Source: a virus. From it: a DNA stretch of 64,000 bases. Position numbers and translations under genes: made by a program. The DNA lies in the IMG/VR virus record IMGVR_UViG_3300030328_003618, positions 6,738-70,737 of that record; one strand, 5' to 3'. The notes below the pieces were generated by a model. That model ran no database searches. It saw only the letters and a program-made list of their open reading frames with translations, and was not told the DNA's origin. Of this stretch, positions 17,051-26,712 are shown in pieces. Every line of letters starts with the position of its first letter. Within the stretch, counting starts at the first letter, position 1.

Positions 17051-17745
17051 AAAAAGCTGTGTTTAAGCCGATACAAAATTTAAATCCTAAAAAAACTATG
17101 ATTTTTTATAGTAATGAAGAGGATAAAAATTATGTAGAAGTTAGAGAAGTAAATGAAAACGGTAAAATGTTAGTAGGTAAGCCTGCTAGTTTAAAAACAA
17201 TAAATTTTCTTAAAGATTTAGTTGTTGATAATGATGATGAAAAAAACATAACTAAAATAGATTGTAAACCTAACAACTTTTTTTGGTTAGATAATAGTTT
17301 TGATAATACGTTAATTGCGTGGACTTGTAAACCAGAAAAGAAAATTATTTCAATTGGTGCTAAAAATAGAACTTATTATTGCCCTAATACTTTTTGGGTA
17401 TATGATGGAGAAGATGTTTATGTTTTTGCATATAAGAAGTTTAGACATTTTCAAACAAGATTGTATAGGTTAGCTACTCCAAATGTTTACGATAACGGTA
17501 AAATATGTTGGGGAAATGCTCTTAATAAAAGAAATTATGTTTTTAAAAGTTTAAAAATGATAAAGCATAACGTTCAAAGTCTTTTTTGGGAATCTGATTT
17601 TAACAATCACTTGCAAAGTGGTTTACCAATAGATGAAGAAGTGTTTTACAACATGGGAGAAAAAGACCAATATAAAAAACACATAGAGATAAAAAGCAAT
17701 ATTAAAGACGTTTTAAATGCACTTAATAAAAAGTTTTCTATCTAA
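17038..17745 (+). CDS. PRTRC system protein B (prokaryotic E2 family D)
   Basis: LYRLATPNVYDNGKICWGN...FWESDF with E2-like Cys. Confidence 0.85.
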   Translation: MEDLEKAVFKPIQNLNPKKTMIFYSNEEDKNYVEVREVNENGKMLVGKPASLKTINFLKDLVVDNDDEKNITKIDCKPNNFFWLDNSFDNTLIAWTCKPEKKIISIGAKNRTYYCPNTFWVYDGEDVYVFAYKKFRHFQTRLYRLATPNVYDNGKICWGNALNKRNYVFKSLKMIKHNVQSLFWESDFNNHLQSGLPIDEEVFYNMGEKDQYKKHIEIKSNIKDVLNALNKKFSI

Positions 17746-18466
17746 TCCATTATCGCCTATTAATATAGATTTAATAGGCGTAGGTGGTACTGGTTCTTAT
17801 GTTCTTCAAGGTTTAGCTAAATTAAATTTAGTTCATCAAGAAGTTGTGATTAACAGTCAAGGCTTTAAAGTAAACGTTTATGATCCTGATATTATTAGTG
17901 AATCTAATACTGTTAGGCAGTTATACAACGAATATGAAATTGGAGAAAATAAAGCTATGACTATTGTTAGCAATATCAATAGAAATTATGGCTTTGATTG
18001 GAATGCTTTTGAAGAAAAGTATGATGTAAAAAATGCAAAAGAAACACAAATTATTATATTGTGTCCTGATAACATGAAGTCAAGAAAAAAAGTCTATGAT
18101 TACGTTGCTCATAAAACAAAAGGACAAGCAATAAATTATGGAGAAGGTGTTTATATTATTGATTTTGGTAACAGTTACGACTATGGACAAGTATACGTAA
18201 GTTACGTTCCAGGCAAAAACGTTAAAAAAGATGTAGCTCAATATGGTTTTCCTAAAGGTTATTTAGAAACCAAAGAAGATTTAGAAGAGCCTAGTTGCTC
18301 TGTTGCAGAAGCTATATCAAAACAAAAATTATTTATGAACCCAATCTTAGCTAATCATGGACTTAACTTGTTAGACGAGCTTCTAACAAAAGACCAAATG
18401 ATTCATAAAGGAATATATGTTTCTTTAGAAACGTTAGCGTCTAAAAGTATTCATTGGCATGAATAA
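17717..18466 (+). CDS. PRTRC ThiF family (E1-like) protein
   Basis: IGVGGTGS, YDPDIISESNTVRQ, DFGN...GQV, SCSVAEAISKQKLFMN. Confidence 0.9.
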   Translation: MHLIKSFLSNPLSPINIDLIGVGGTGSYVLQGLAKLNLVHQEVVINSQGFKVNVYDPDIISESNTVRQLYNEYEIGENKAMTIVSNINRNYGFDWNAFEEKYDVKNAKETQIIILCPDNMKSRKKVYDYVAHKTKGQAINYGEGVYIIDFGNSYDYGQVYVSYVPGKNVKKDVAQYGFPKGYLETKEDLEEPSCSVAEAISKQKLFMNPILANHGLNLLDELLTKDQMIHKGIYVSLETLASKSIHWHE

Positions 18467-18572
18467 TACAACATTATAGTTGTGATAAAAAAACTGTATT
18501 AAAGACATAAAGGAAGTCAAACATTAGTTTGGCTTTCCCTTTGTGCCTTGGTTATTTAATATATTATTTATT

Positions 18573-20006
18573 ATGGGAGAACAGTTAAGTTTCGATAACT
18601 TACCAAATTTCATTGGACAAACCAATGTAGAGATAGAAGAAATTGTTTTAGGAACTTTTATAAATTATGCAGACACATATTATTTGTTGTCAGATAGCGT
18701 ATCTGTAAAAGACTTTTCAAATACTGAAACAAGACTTATTTATGCAGCTATATCAGAATTAAGTAAAATATCAAAAATTGATATTACAACTGTAACTGAT
18801 ATGCTAATTAAAAAAAAGTATGTTCTTTTATCAAACGTCAAAAGCGAAATCAATCTTATTTCTTATTTAGAGATAATATGCGATAAAGCAGACAGTGATA
18901 AAAACATTAAAGACCACGTTAAAATATTAAATGGATACACACAAAGAAGAGAGTTATTTTCTTTGTCCAGAAATATTAGCGAAATGTGTAATGATAGCCA
19001 AGATGGATTAGAAATTATTCAATCTATTCATAAAAGCTTGTTAGATATTCAAGAATTAGCAGAAGTTGAGGATTTTAATGTTGAGAAATCTATGATTAGT
19101 TTCATGGATGATTTAGAAAGCGAAACGTTTTTAGGAGTTAAAAGTGGAATACCATGCTTAGATAATTTTATTTATCAGTTTGATTTAAATAATCTAATAA
19201 TTATTGCTGGCGCACCATCTATGGGTAAAACAGCATTTGCATTAGAAATATTTAAAAACAATATAATGAACGGAGATAATTTTCCTATTTTCTTTTCATT
19301 AGAAATGACTGATTTAGAATTAACAAAAAGATTAATCAGTTCTTTTACTTGCATAGAAATGCACAAGTTTAGAGATAAGTCTTTAGACAGTATTGATAAA
19401 AGTCAAATAAAAGAAACTGTTAATACTTTTAAATCTAAAAGTTATTTTATTGATGACAAATCAAGAAAGCTAGGTAAAATAGTTAATCAAATTAGAAAAC
19501 AAGTAATAAGACATGGTAGTAAGCTAGTAATAATCGATTATCTTCAGTTAATCGGCTTTAAATCTAAATCTGGAAATAGAGAGCAAGAAATTGCTACTAT
19601 ATCGAGATCACTTAAAGAAGTAGCAGCAGAATTAAAAATCGTTATAATAGCTTTAAGCCAACTTAATAGACAAGTTAACGCTAGGACTAATAAAAGACCT
19701 ATGTTATCTGATTTGAGAGAATCTGGTGCGATAGAACAAGATGCAGACATGGTTATATTTCCATATAGACCTGCTTATTACGAAATGCAAGATAAAGGAA
19801 TACCAGAATTAGAAACTGATGTTGAAATTATTATTGCAAAAGGTCGTAGTACGGGAGTAGGAACTGTTTATGCAAACTACGTAAGTAAATATGTAAAATT
19901 CATTAGCGACTTTAAAGAAAATGCGAAAATCCAAATATTGGCAAATTCAACAATCGGTATCCAAAACCACTGGACTAAAATCGGTAATAGTAACAATAAT
20001 AATTAA
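18573..20006 (+). CDS. dnaB: replicative DNA helicase
   Basis: GAPSMGKT, FFSLEM, IIDYLQL, ALSQLNR, SDLRESGAIEQDAD. Confidence 0.97.
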   Translation: MGEQLSFDNLPNFIGQTNVEIEEIVLGTFINYADTYYLLSDSVSVKDFSNTETRLIYAAISELSKISKIDITTVTDMLIKKKYVLLSNVKSEINLISYLEIICDKADSDKNIKDHVKILNGYTQRRELFSLSRNISEMCNDSQDGLEIIQSIHKSLLDIQELAEVEDFNVEKSMISFMDDLESETFLGVKSGIPCLDNFIYQFDLNNLIIIAGAPSMGKTAFALEIFKNNIMNGDNFPIFFSLEMTDLELTKRLISSFTCIEMHKFRDKSLDSIDKSQIKETVNTFKSKSYFIDDKSRKLGKIVNQIRKQVIRHGSKLVIIDYLQLIGFKSKSGNREQEIATISRSLKEVAAELKIVIIALSQLNRQVNARTNKRPMLSDLRESGAIEQDADMVIFPYRPAYYEMQDKGIPELETDVEIIIAKGRSTGVGTVYANYVSKYVKFISDFKENAKIQILANSTIGIQNHWTKIGNSNNNN

Positions 20007-20137
20007 AGCTTTTTGGAACTCGATTAGAAAAATATTAAAACAAAAACATGAGGTAAACTTAAAAGGATACTTCATGTTTTTGAAAAATAAAGAGAACTAA
20101 AAGTTATGAAATTAATTGTAATTTAATTACATTTGTA

Positions 20138-20380
20138 ATGGATAATAGTATGTTTAGACTTATATTAAAACGAAGTGTTGTTGATGAGTGCGACGACATT
20201 GAAAAAGTTTGTAGGCAGCTTTTAGAATTAGGAATAAAAACTTTAAACGACAAGGAAAACATGATGAAAACTGCTTTGTGGTATCACAGAGATACAGGAT
20301 TCTTAGAAAAGATAGAAACAAAGGAACAATTAGAATTTGCAGAAGAAAACGACGAATATCAACTTTTATTTTTAAATTAA
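20138..20380 (+). CDS. hypothetical protein
   Basis: ORF track, 80 aa. Confidence 0.6.
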   Translation: MDNSMFRLILKRSVVDECDDIEKVCRQLLELGIKTLNDKENMMKTALWYHRDTGFLEKIETKEQLEFAEENDEYQLLFLN

Positions 20381-20381
20381 T

Positions 20382-21068
20382 ATGAAGCCGAATACACTTA
20401 TTCTCGGAGCATCTGGTACAGGAAAATCTTCTAGTATCAGAAATTTACCAAAGGACACAACGATTATCTTTAATACAGAGAGAAAAACGTTGCCGTTTAG
20501 AGAAGGTAAAGATTTTAAAATGAACTTTGCGATACACAACTACGCACAGTTTGAAAAAGCCTTTGACAAGGCATTAAAAAGCGATAAGATAACTCACATT
20601 GTTGTTGAGTCTTTAACGTCTTTGATAGAAATGATTGATGAACATGCTGAACGTATTACGGGAGGTGGTTTTGACAAATGGGCTCTTTATAATACTACAT
20701 TAGCAGAAGTCTTTAAAAAGTCAAAGTCATCTTTAGACAAGTATGTTTTTATGATTTCGATTGACCAAGTAATTGAAACTTCTGAAGGTATTGCAGAAAG
20801 ATATGCAGTAGTTCAAGGTAATAGATGGAAAAAGTCTATTGAGAAAGAATTTGTTAACGTATTGTATTCTACTGTCGAAGAAAAAGATGGAGATTTTAAA
20901 TACGTATTTTTAACAAACAAAAATTCTAAATACAGTAACGTTTCAGCTAAAACTCCTTTAGATTTAGCACCAGAGTATATTCCTAACGATTTAGATTTAT
21001 TTCAAAAGCGTTGTGAAAAATACTTTGAAACAGATGAAAAGTTAGAAAGTATTGATATTTATTTATAA
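20382..21068 (+). CDS. AAA_24/Sak4-like P-loop ATPase
   Basis: LILGASGTGKSSSIRNL, NTERKTLPF, SAKTP. Confidence 0.85.
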   Translation: MKPNTLILGASGTGKSSSIRNLPKDTTIIFNTERKTLPFREGKDFKMNFAIHNYAQFEKAFDKALKSDKITHIVVESLTSLIEMIDEHAERITGGGFDKWALYNTTLAEVFKKSKSSLDKYVFMISIDQVIETSEGIAERYAVVQGNRWKKSIEKEFVNVLYSTVEEKDGDFKYVFLTNKNSKYSNVSAKTPLDLAPEYIPNDLDLFQKRCEKYFETDEKLESIDIYL

Positions 21069-21087
21069 ATCCTAAAATTTAATTAAA

Positions 21088-21744
21088 ATGGATGCATTCG
21101 ATTTTGTACAAAAATCAGAGTTAAAGTCAACACCTACTTATGCTCAACACCCAGATATTGCTTTAGCAGTAATTGAAAGTGCCGAGTATAAGCAAGGACC
21201 ATTTGGTAAAACGCCAGATGCAGAAATGTTTGACCTTGTTTTTAGATTAATTACTACAGCAAGTCAAAACAAAGCTAAATCAGCCGATAACGCTGGTGAT
21301 ATAATTAGGTATAAAGCAGTATTACCTCACACGACTTTTAATGAAAGGACAAATGAAGTTAAGGCTTCAGTATTTAAAAGATTGTGCGAAAGTTCTGAAT
21401 CGACAGATTACGCTAGTTATAAAACAAACAGAAAAAAACTTTGTTCTGATTTAACTGGAAAACAAGTTAAGATTGTTATAGTTTTAGAAGAAGCGTTTAT
21501 AGTTGATAAAGTAACTACGGAGCCTTTGTTGAAGAATTTTACAAAGGTTACTATTGTAGAACATCCTAACAATACGATTAATAAAAGTATGAATGATATT
21601 CAAAAAATCATTCCTTTAAATCCTAAAAAAAGACTAAAATACGACAAGGCTAAGTCTTATTGGGATAAATTGCATGGTCAGCAAGAACCTAAAGATGATG
21701 TTTTAGAACAAAAGTCTGATGATCCTTGGGATAAAATAATGTAA
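21088..21744 (+). CDS. putative ssDNA-binding protein
   Basis: Follows the Sak4-like ATPase; acidic tail SDDPW. Confidence 0.45.
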   Translation: MDAFDFVQKSELKSTPTYAQHPDIALAVIESAEYKQGPFGKTPDAEMFDLVFRLITTASQNKAKSADNAGDIIRYKAVLPHTTFNERTNEVKASVFKRLCESSESTDYASYKTNRKKLCSDLTGKQVKIVIVLEEAFIVDKVTTEPLLKNFTKVTIVEHPNNTINKSMNDIQKIIPLNPKKRLKYDKAKSYWDKLHGQQEPKDDVLEQKSDDPWDKIM

Positions 21745-21783
21745 AAATAAAAAGGAAGTGTAAAGGCTTCCTTTTGTTTTCTT

Positions 21784-22224
21784 ATGGAGTATATAGCAAA
21801 AGTAGAACAAGGTCAAATAATATTCTCTAATAGAGAGATATTAGAATTACAAATACAAAGCCTAGAAGGTAAAAACATTATTGTTAAGCTTCAAAAATTT
21901 GTAAAAAAACGTAGTGATAGACAAAATAGATGGTATTGGGGAGTAGCTATTCCAACCATTATAAGAGGAATAGAGCAACAAAACGGAGAAGTATTAGACA
22001 AAGGTACTGCTCATGCGTTAGCGTTGAATATAACTGATGGTATTAAGCTAGAATCTAAAATGCTATTTGGTTATAACGTTATAGAAGTTAAACAAAAAAG
22101 AACTTCTGATATGACTGTTGAAGAATTTAGTGAGTTTTATAAAAAATTACAAAAAGCTTTTGCAGAAAAAGACATTATAATACCAGACCCTAATCAAGAT
22201 AATTTCATAAATCAGATATGTTAA
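21784..22224 (+). CDS. NinB-like protein
   Basis: KRSDRQNRWYWG...RTSDMTVEEFSEF...IPDP. Confidence 0.75.
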   Translation: MEYIAKVEQGQIIFSNREILELQIQSLEGKNIIVKLQKFVKKRSDRQNRWYWGVAIPTIIRGIEQQNGEVLDKGTAHALALNITDGIKLESKMLFGYNVIEVKQKRTSDMTVEEFSEFYKKLQKAFAEKDIIIPDPNQDNFINQIC

Positions 22225-22338
22225 ACATTGAAGAAAAAATAGAAGAAATTGCTGATACTGTTGAATTAAAATTTGATTTAGAAAAGTTTTATCCTTTTGA
22301 AGAAAAAATAAATGAATTGTTTAATAGAATAGAAGACA

Positions 22339-22722
22339 ATGTTAACAGTTACAAAACACAAAAAGATAATAGAAGCATTTAAGGAAATTAAGCTACCAAA
22401 TAATTTTGGTTTAGAAAGTAAACAAATTAAATGGAAAGTTCCTGGCGAAATTCTTAACGAAGAATTTGAGTTTGTTTTAAAAGATGAATTAATATCTTAT
22501 TTTAAATCAATTAATTATACTGTATCAACATGGAGTTGTGTGTATAATGATGAATCTTTTACTTCAATATCTGTTCACGTAGAACCTATACATGGAGAAG
22601 ATATGATGTATAATTTATTTTTCCTCAAAAAACTTTTTGACGATATAAATCAAATACATGGAACAGAAGAATATGAAGAAAGGTTTAGAGAAGTAATGAA
22701 AAAAGTTATATCAAACCCTTAA
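22339..22722 (+). CDS. hypothetical protein
   Basis: ORF track, 127 aa. Confidence 0.6.
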   Translation: MLTVTKHKKIIEAFKEIKLPNNFGLESKQIKWKVPGEILNEEFEFVLKDELISYFKSINYTVSTWSCVYNDESFTSISVHVEPIHGEDMMYNLFFLKKLFDDINQIHGTEEYEERFREVMKKVISNP

Positions 22723-22768
22723 TATTTAAAAGAGCATTGGTTTTTCCCTTTGCTCTTTGATTTTTATT

Positions 22769-23380
22769 ATGAACGATTTATTTCCAAAAGTAAATACTGA
22801 TAATTTTCAGTCGAAAGAAGAACGTTATTTTTATTGGTTTTTAGTTGATTTATACAACGAAGGTTATGTTTCTAATGTTTTGTATGAGCCATTTACTTAT
22901 GACTTGTCAGAGCCTATTACAAAGCCTTATGTTGTGAAAGAACAACTAAAGACAAAAGTAAAAATAACTAAAGGGGAAGAAACAATTCAAAAAGGATTGG
23001 TTTATACTCCTGATTTTGTAGTCCATTTTACAAGAAAAGCTTTAGGTGTTTTTGTAGAAACATTAAATACTGAAGATAAGCTGATGAAAGGTCAATCTCA
23101 AACTAAATTTATTGGAACAGAAAGAGGTTTTGATATAATATCTGTGTTTGAGGTTAAGCCTGATTTTGACCAAAACAATATGACTAGGTATACAAAAGTA
23201 AAAATGAATTGGCTTTGTCAAAGAGAACAAATATTTGTTAATCTTGTTAAAGTGCCAAGCATATTTAAAAAGTATTTTGTTCCTAGTCGATATTTAATAA
23301 CTGATAAAAGTGCAAAACTTAGAAAAATTGACTTTAACGTTAGAAAGTTGGAACAATTTGTTAGTGAGGTATCAAAGTAA
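22769..23380 (+). CDS. PD-(D/E)XK endonuclease (DUF1064-like)
   Basis: FQSKEE...YTPDF...EVK. Confidence 0.7.
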   Translation: MNDLFPKVNTDNFQSKEERYFYWFLVDLYNEGYVSNVLYEPFTYDLSEPITKPYVVKEQLKTKVKITKGEETIQKGLVYTPDFVVHFTRKALGVFVETLNTEDKLMKGQSQTKFIGTERGFDIISVFEVKPDFDQNNMTRYTKVKMNWLCQREQIFVNLVKVPSIFKKYFVPSRYLITDKSAKLRKIDFNVRKLEQFVSEVSK

Positions 23381-23387
23381 AAACATA

Positions 23388-23879
23388 ATGATTGATAGCT
23401 TCGATAGAGGATATGTTATATTACATAATCAATCAAATGAATACGTTAATACAGCAGTAACTAAATTTAAGTACAGTAAACATTCTTTAAATCATTTAAT
23501 AGAAAAGTTAAAAGAAAAAGAAGAAGTTCCTAAAGAGTATGTTAATGAAATAGAAGAATTTTACAGAGAAAAAGATAGTGTAGATACTATACCTTTAAGT
23601 CTTACTCAAATTCGAGATGTTTTATTAGATGCTGATTTATTAATTGAATTTGTAAAGAAAAAACAAATTGATTGGGAAATAATAGACATTAATAGTGTTA
23701 TTAGTTTATTTCCAAAAAAGAAAAAAGCTCGAGCAAATCCAAAAGAAAAAGTTCTTTTAGAGAACATGAGTAAAAATGCATTACGGTTTGAAGCATTGAA
23801 ATTAGAAGAACAAACCGAAAGACTAATTGAAGAGGTAAAAAGTTTAATTGAAAAAGCAAAAGGAAATGATTACAAGTAG
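23388..23879 (+). CDS. hypothetical protein
   Basis: ORF; likely start MIDSFD. Confidence 0.6.
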   Translation: MIDSFDRGYVILHNQSNEYVNTAVTKFKYSKHSLNHLIEKLKEKEEVPKEYVNEIEEFYREKDSVDTIPLSLTQIRDVLLDADLLIEFVKKKQIDWEIIDINSVISLFPKKKKARANPKEKVLLENMSKNALRFEALKLEEQTERLIEEVKSLIEKAKGNDYK

Positions 23880-24723
23880 CGACCAAGCAAGGGATTATTT
23901 AGAACATTTAAAAAACACAGACCCGAACAAAAAACGTCGAATAGACGAAGATGACAATTGGTATTTTGACGAAAAAGAGTATATCTCTAATTCAATGTTA
24001 AAACAATTTCAGAAAGGTGGTATAAGAAATTATATGTGTTATCTAAATGGAGAACTTAAAAAGTCATCAAAGGCTTTTAATATAGGTAGTGCTTTTCATT
24101 GCATGGTTTTAGAGCCAGAAGAATTTGGAGCAAGATACTACGTTATTGATGACGAAGAGATTTGTGAAGAAATAGGTGGTAAAAAACCTAGAATGACTAA
24201 GAAGTATAAAGAGTGGTATCAAAACGAAGTTGTTCCATCTGCAGAAGGGTTAACTATTCTATCTCAAGATGAGATGAACAATTTAGATAAAATGTTTGCA
24301 TCATTCTCTAAGATAGAAGAAGCAACAAGTTTAATTAAAGCTTGTGATTTAGTTGAAAGTATTTATACTAATAATTTTAACGGTACTAAAGTAAAGTGTA
24401 AAGTTGATGGTATAAAGTTTGACAACTTTGTAATGGATTTAAAAAGCACAAGTTCTAATGTAATGGAATTTGAAAAGAGTTGCAGAATGTTTGATTACGA
24501 TCAAGCTGCTGCTTTATATTGCGATATTGTAGATATTAAAGACTATTACTTTATTGTAGTAGAAACTATGTATCCTTACAATGTAGGTGTATTTAAAGCA
24601 GATAGTTCTTTTCTAGAAAGAGGTAGAGCAAAGTATGAGCAAGGATTAAAAGACTTGACTTATCATTTGTCTAATCCTGATTTAGATGTAAGTAAAAAAT
24701 TCATTAGTCAAACATTGTATTAA
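23866..24723 (+). CDS. RecE/ExoVIII-like PD-(D/E)XK exonuclease (DUF3799-like)
   Basis: ISNSMLK, GSAFHCMVLEPEEF, KCKVD, DLKST, YDQAALY. Confidence 0.9.
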   Translation: MITSSDQARDYLEHLKNTDPNKKRRIDEDDNWYFDEKEYISNSMLKQFQKGGIRNYMCYLNGELKKSSKAFNIGSAFHCMVLEPEEFGARYYVIDDEEICEEIGGKKPRMTKKYKEWYQNEVVPSAEGLTILSQDEMNNLDKMFASFSKIEEATSLIKACDLVESIYTNNFNGTKVKCKVDGIKFDNFVMDLKSTSSNVMEFEKSCRMFDYDQAAALYCDIVDIKDYYFIVVETMYPYNVGVFKADSSFLERGRAKYEQGLKDLTYHLSNPDLDVSKKFISQTLY

Positions 24724-24724
24724 T

Positions 24725-25003
24725 ATGGCAAAAACTAGGAAACAGTTTGAAGAATTTCATGCAAACAATCCTCAAATTTTTAGATTGTTTTGCTATTTTA
24801 CTAAACAAGTAATTAATGCTGGACATCAAAAATATTCAGCAGAAGCTATCTTTAATCAAATAAGATGGTATACCACAGTAGAAACTCGTGGTGATGAATA
24901 CAAAGTAAATAATGATTACAAGCCTTATTATAGTCGTAAATACATGAAAGAATTTAATTCTAATGTGTTTAGAGTAAGAGCAAGTGTAGCAGATATTGAA
25001 TAA
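24725..25003 (+). CDS. conserved phage protein
   Basis: FEEFHANNP...IRW...KVNNDYKPYYSR pattern. Confidence 0.7.
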   Translation: MAKTRKQFEEFHANNPQIFRLFCYFTKQVINAGHQKYSAEAIFNQIRWYTTVETRGDEYKVNNDYKPYYSRKYMKEFNSNVFRVRASVADIE

Positions 25004-25053
25004 CCATAAGCGATAATAGTGTAATGCTATTGTCGCTTTTTTTTAAATTAATT

Positions 25054-25431
25054 ATGAGAGATATTTTAGTTAAAGCAAAAAATATAGACAGTCCTAAAGA
25101 ATGGATAGTTGGTGTTCCACAATATAATTGGGTAGGTAAAGAAGGTTTAGAATTACAAGAAATTAAAAACACTTTAGGCAACGCTTATAATATTGAAAAA
25201 GAAACTGTTTGTCAGTTTACTGGATTAAAAGATTCTAAAAAGAACGATATTTTTGAAAACGATATTATTGAAATAACCTATGAAGGCGAAAGTGCTACAA
25301 AGTGGGTAGTATATTTTAATAAGATAATGGGAGTTTACAGACTTAAAATGTTTTCTGGACATGGAGAGAGAATGATATTCCCATTAAACGAAAGAGCAGT
25401 TGTAGTTGGTAACATTAAGGATTTAAATTAA
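25054..25431 (+). CDS. YopX family protein
   Basis: TVCQFTGLKDSKKNDIFENDI...VVGNI. Confidence 0.9.
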   Translation: MRDILVKAKNIDSPKEWIVGVPQYNWVGKEGLELQEIKNTLGNAYNIEKETVCQFTGLKDSKKNDIFENDIIEITYEGESATKWVVYFNKIMGVYRLKMFSGHGERMIFPLNERAVVVGNIKDLN

Positions 25432-26060
25432 TGAAAGACTTATACGAATTATTAGAAGTAGATAAGAAAGCTACTAAAGAAGAGATTAAGCTAGCCTATA
25501 AACGGCTAGTTAAACTTTTTCATCCAGACTTAGTGCCTGGTAAGGAAAAAGAATTTAAAGCTATTAAAGAAGCTTATAACGTGTTGTCTGATGATAGACG
25601 TAGGCAAACGTATGATATTACTGGTAGTACAACAGAGATAACTGAAAAGATTAAGATAGAATATTTTAAAGCTGTTTTTGATGGTCTTATAGTAAACATT
25701 ATTACTGAATCTAATTTTCAAACTTTAAGCGATGTCATTGGTGGCTTAAACAAAATGACAATGAAACTGAAAGAGAAAAAAAAGGATATTGTTAATCAAG
25801 TAGATATGCTTACAAGCTTCTATAAGAAAATACACAAAAAGAAAGAGTCCAAGCCACAGTTTTTTTACGAAAATTTTATATTTAAAATAGAAGAGTTGCA
25901 AAAGAACGCAAATGAATTGTCTGTAGAAATTGAAATGTTCGATGAATTAATACAAGAAATACACAAGAACCACGATTTTTTCTACTCTTATCAAGACAAT
26001 CCTAGTTCGGTAACAATGCTAGAAAGATTTCAAGGGAATGAAGATAGAGAGTTAGGCTAA
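25431..26060 (+). CDS. J-domain (DnaJ-like) protein
   Basis: DLYELLEV...IKLAYKRL...FHPD...AYNVLSD..RR.YD. Confidence 0.9.
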   Translation: MKDLYELLEVDKKATKEEIKLAYKRLVKLFHPDLVPGKEKEFKAIKEAYNVLSDDRRRQTYDITGSTTEITEKIKIEYFKAVFDGLIVNIITESNFQTLSDVIGGLNKMTMKLKEKKKDIVNQVDMLTSFYKKIHKKKESKPQFFYENFIFKIEELQKNANELSVEIEMFDELIQEIHKNHDFFYSYQDNPSSVTMLERFQGNEDRELG

Positions 26061-26079
26061 CTAAGGTTAGCTTTTTTTT
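26056..26079 (+). terminator. terminator at the convergence of the early and late halves
   Basis: gctaac-taag-gttagc followed by T8. Confidence 0.7.
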
Positions 26080-26104
26080 ATTCTATAATGCTAGGGCAGT
26101 CGTT

Positions 26105-26326
26105 TTATTTATTAAACTTACGCTTAAATTCATCGTAACTAATATCTAATATCAAAGCCTTAGTGCTTCCCATTAGATATACAGCAGTTTTAAGTTTAGG
26201 TTGAGCCTTTACCTCGGAGCTAGTTTCGACATACCCTCTAAAGTAGGTTACTTTGTCTTTGTTGATTACATAGTCTTGAGCATCACCTTTCTTATTGACT
26301 ACTTTTACCTCAATTATTTCTGTCAT
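26105..26326 (-). CDS. hypothetical protein
   Basis: ORF track, 73 aa. Confidence 0.6.
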   Translation of the reverse strand: MTEIIEVKVVNKKGDAQDYVINKDKVTYFRGYVETSSEVKAQPKLKTAVYLMGSTKALILDISYDEFKRKFNK

Positions 26327-26358
26327 TTTCTTTTGCTATCTAATTAAAGACGTTAAAA

Positions 26359-26565
26359 TTAATTAACGTCTTTAAATAATTCTATAAAAGTTTCTTCACT
26401 AATTACACCTAGTAAAGCTAAAATAGCTAAAACTATAGTAACTAATAAAGCTACTTTCTTTCTATCGACTCTTAGCTTTCCAATCTTTTCAATACCATCT
26501 ACAGTTTTTTCTACTGTCTTTGGTTTTAATAAAAAAGACTTAGCTAACCCTAACAACTTTTTCAT
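26359..26565 (-). CDS. small membrane protein (holin-like)
   Basis: Single strong TM segment; near the lysis and tail genes. Confidence 0.5.
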   Translation of the reverse strand: MKKLLGLAKSFLLKPKTVEKTVDGIEKIGKLRVDRKKVALLVTIVLAILALLGVISEETFIELFKDVN

Positions 26566-26572
26566 TGCCAGA

Positions 26573-26683
26573 TTATTTTGATTGAGGTCTAATGTACGTA
26601 TTGTTCTTAGTTCCTCCGTAACTTTTAGGTTTAGTTAAAACTACTAATCCTTTTGTCGGTTTTTTACTTCCTCCGTATCCCAT
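26573..26683 (-). CDS. 36-aa basic peptide
   Basis: MGYGGSKKPTKGLVVLTKPKSYGGTKNNTYIRPQSK*; fills the gap. Confidence 0.5.
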   Translation of the reverse strand: MGYGGSKKPTKGLVVLTKPKSYGGTKNNTYIRPQSK

Positions 26684-26712
26684 GATTTAAAATTTAAAAA
26701 TTAACAATTTAT

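Larger units (their letters stand above)
1621..22760 (+). promoter_or_regulatory. dispersed motif CCCnnTGTGYYTTG(A/G), about 17 copies; putative phage promoter or processing site
   Basis: CCC begins at 1621, 1826, 2213, 2477, 2611, 2657, 3432, 3718, 3840, 5194, 6228, 7368, 11552, 14183, 15141, 18537 and 22746. All lie on + just upstream of ORF starts, and most form the 3' arm of an inverted repeat. Confidence 0.8.

Noticed and set aside
871-25721. Short - strand ORFs overlapping + strand genes (e.g. 2562-2846, 11821-12099, 15383-15646)
   Set aside because: They are antisense to well-supported genes.
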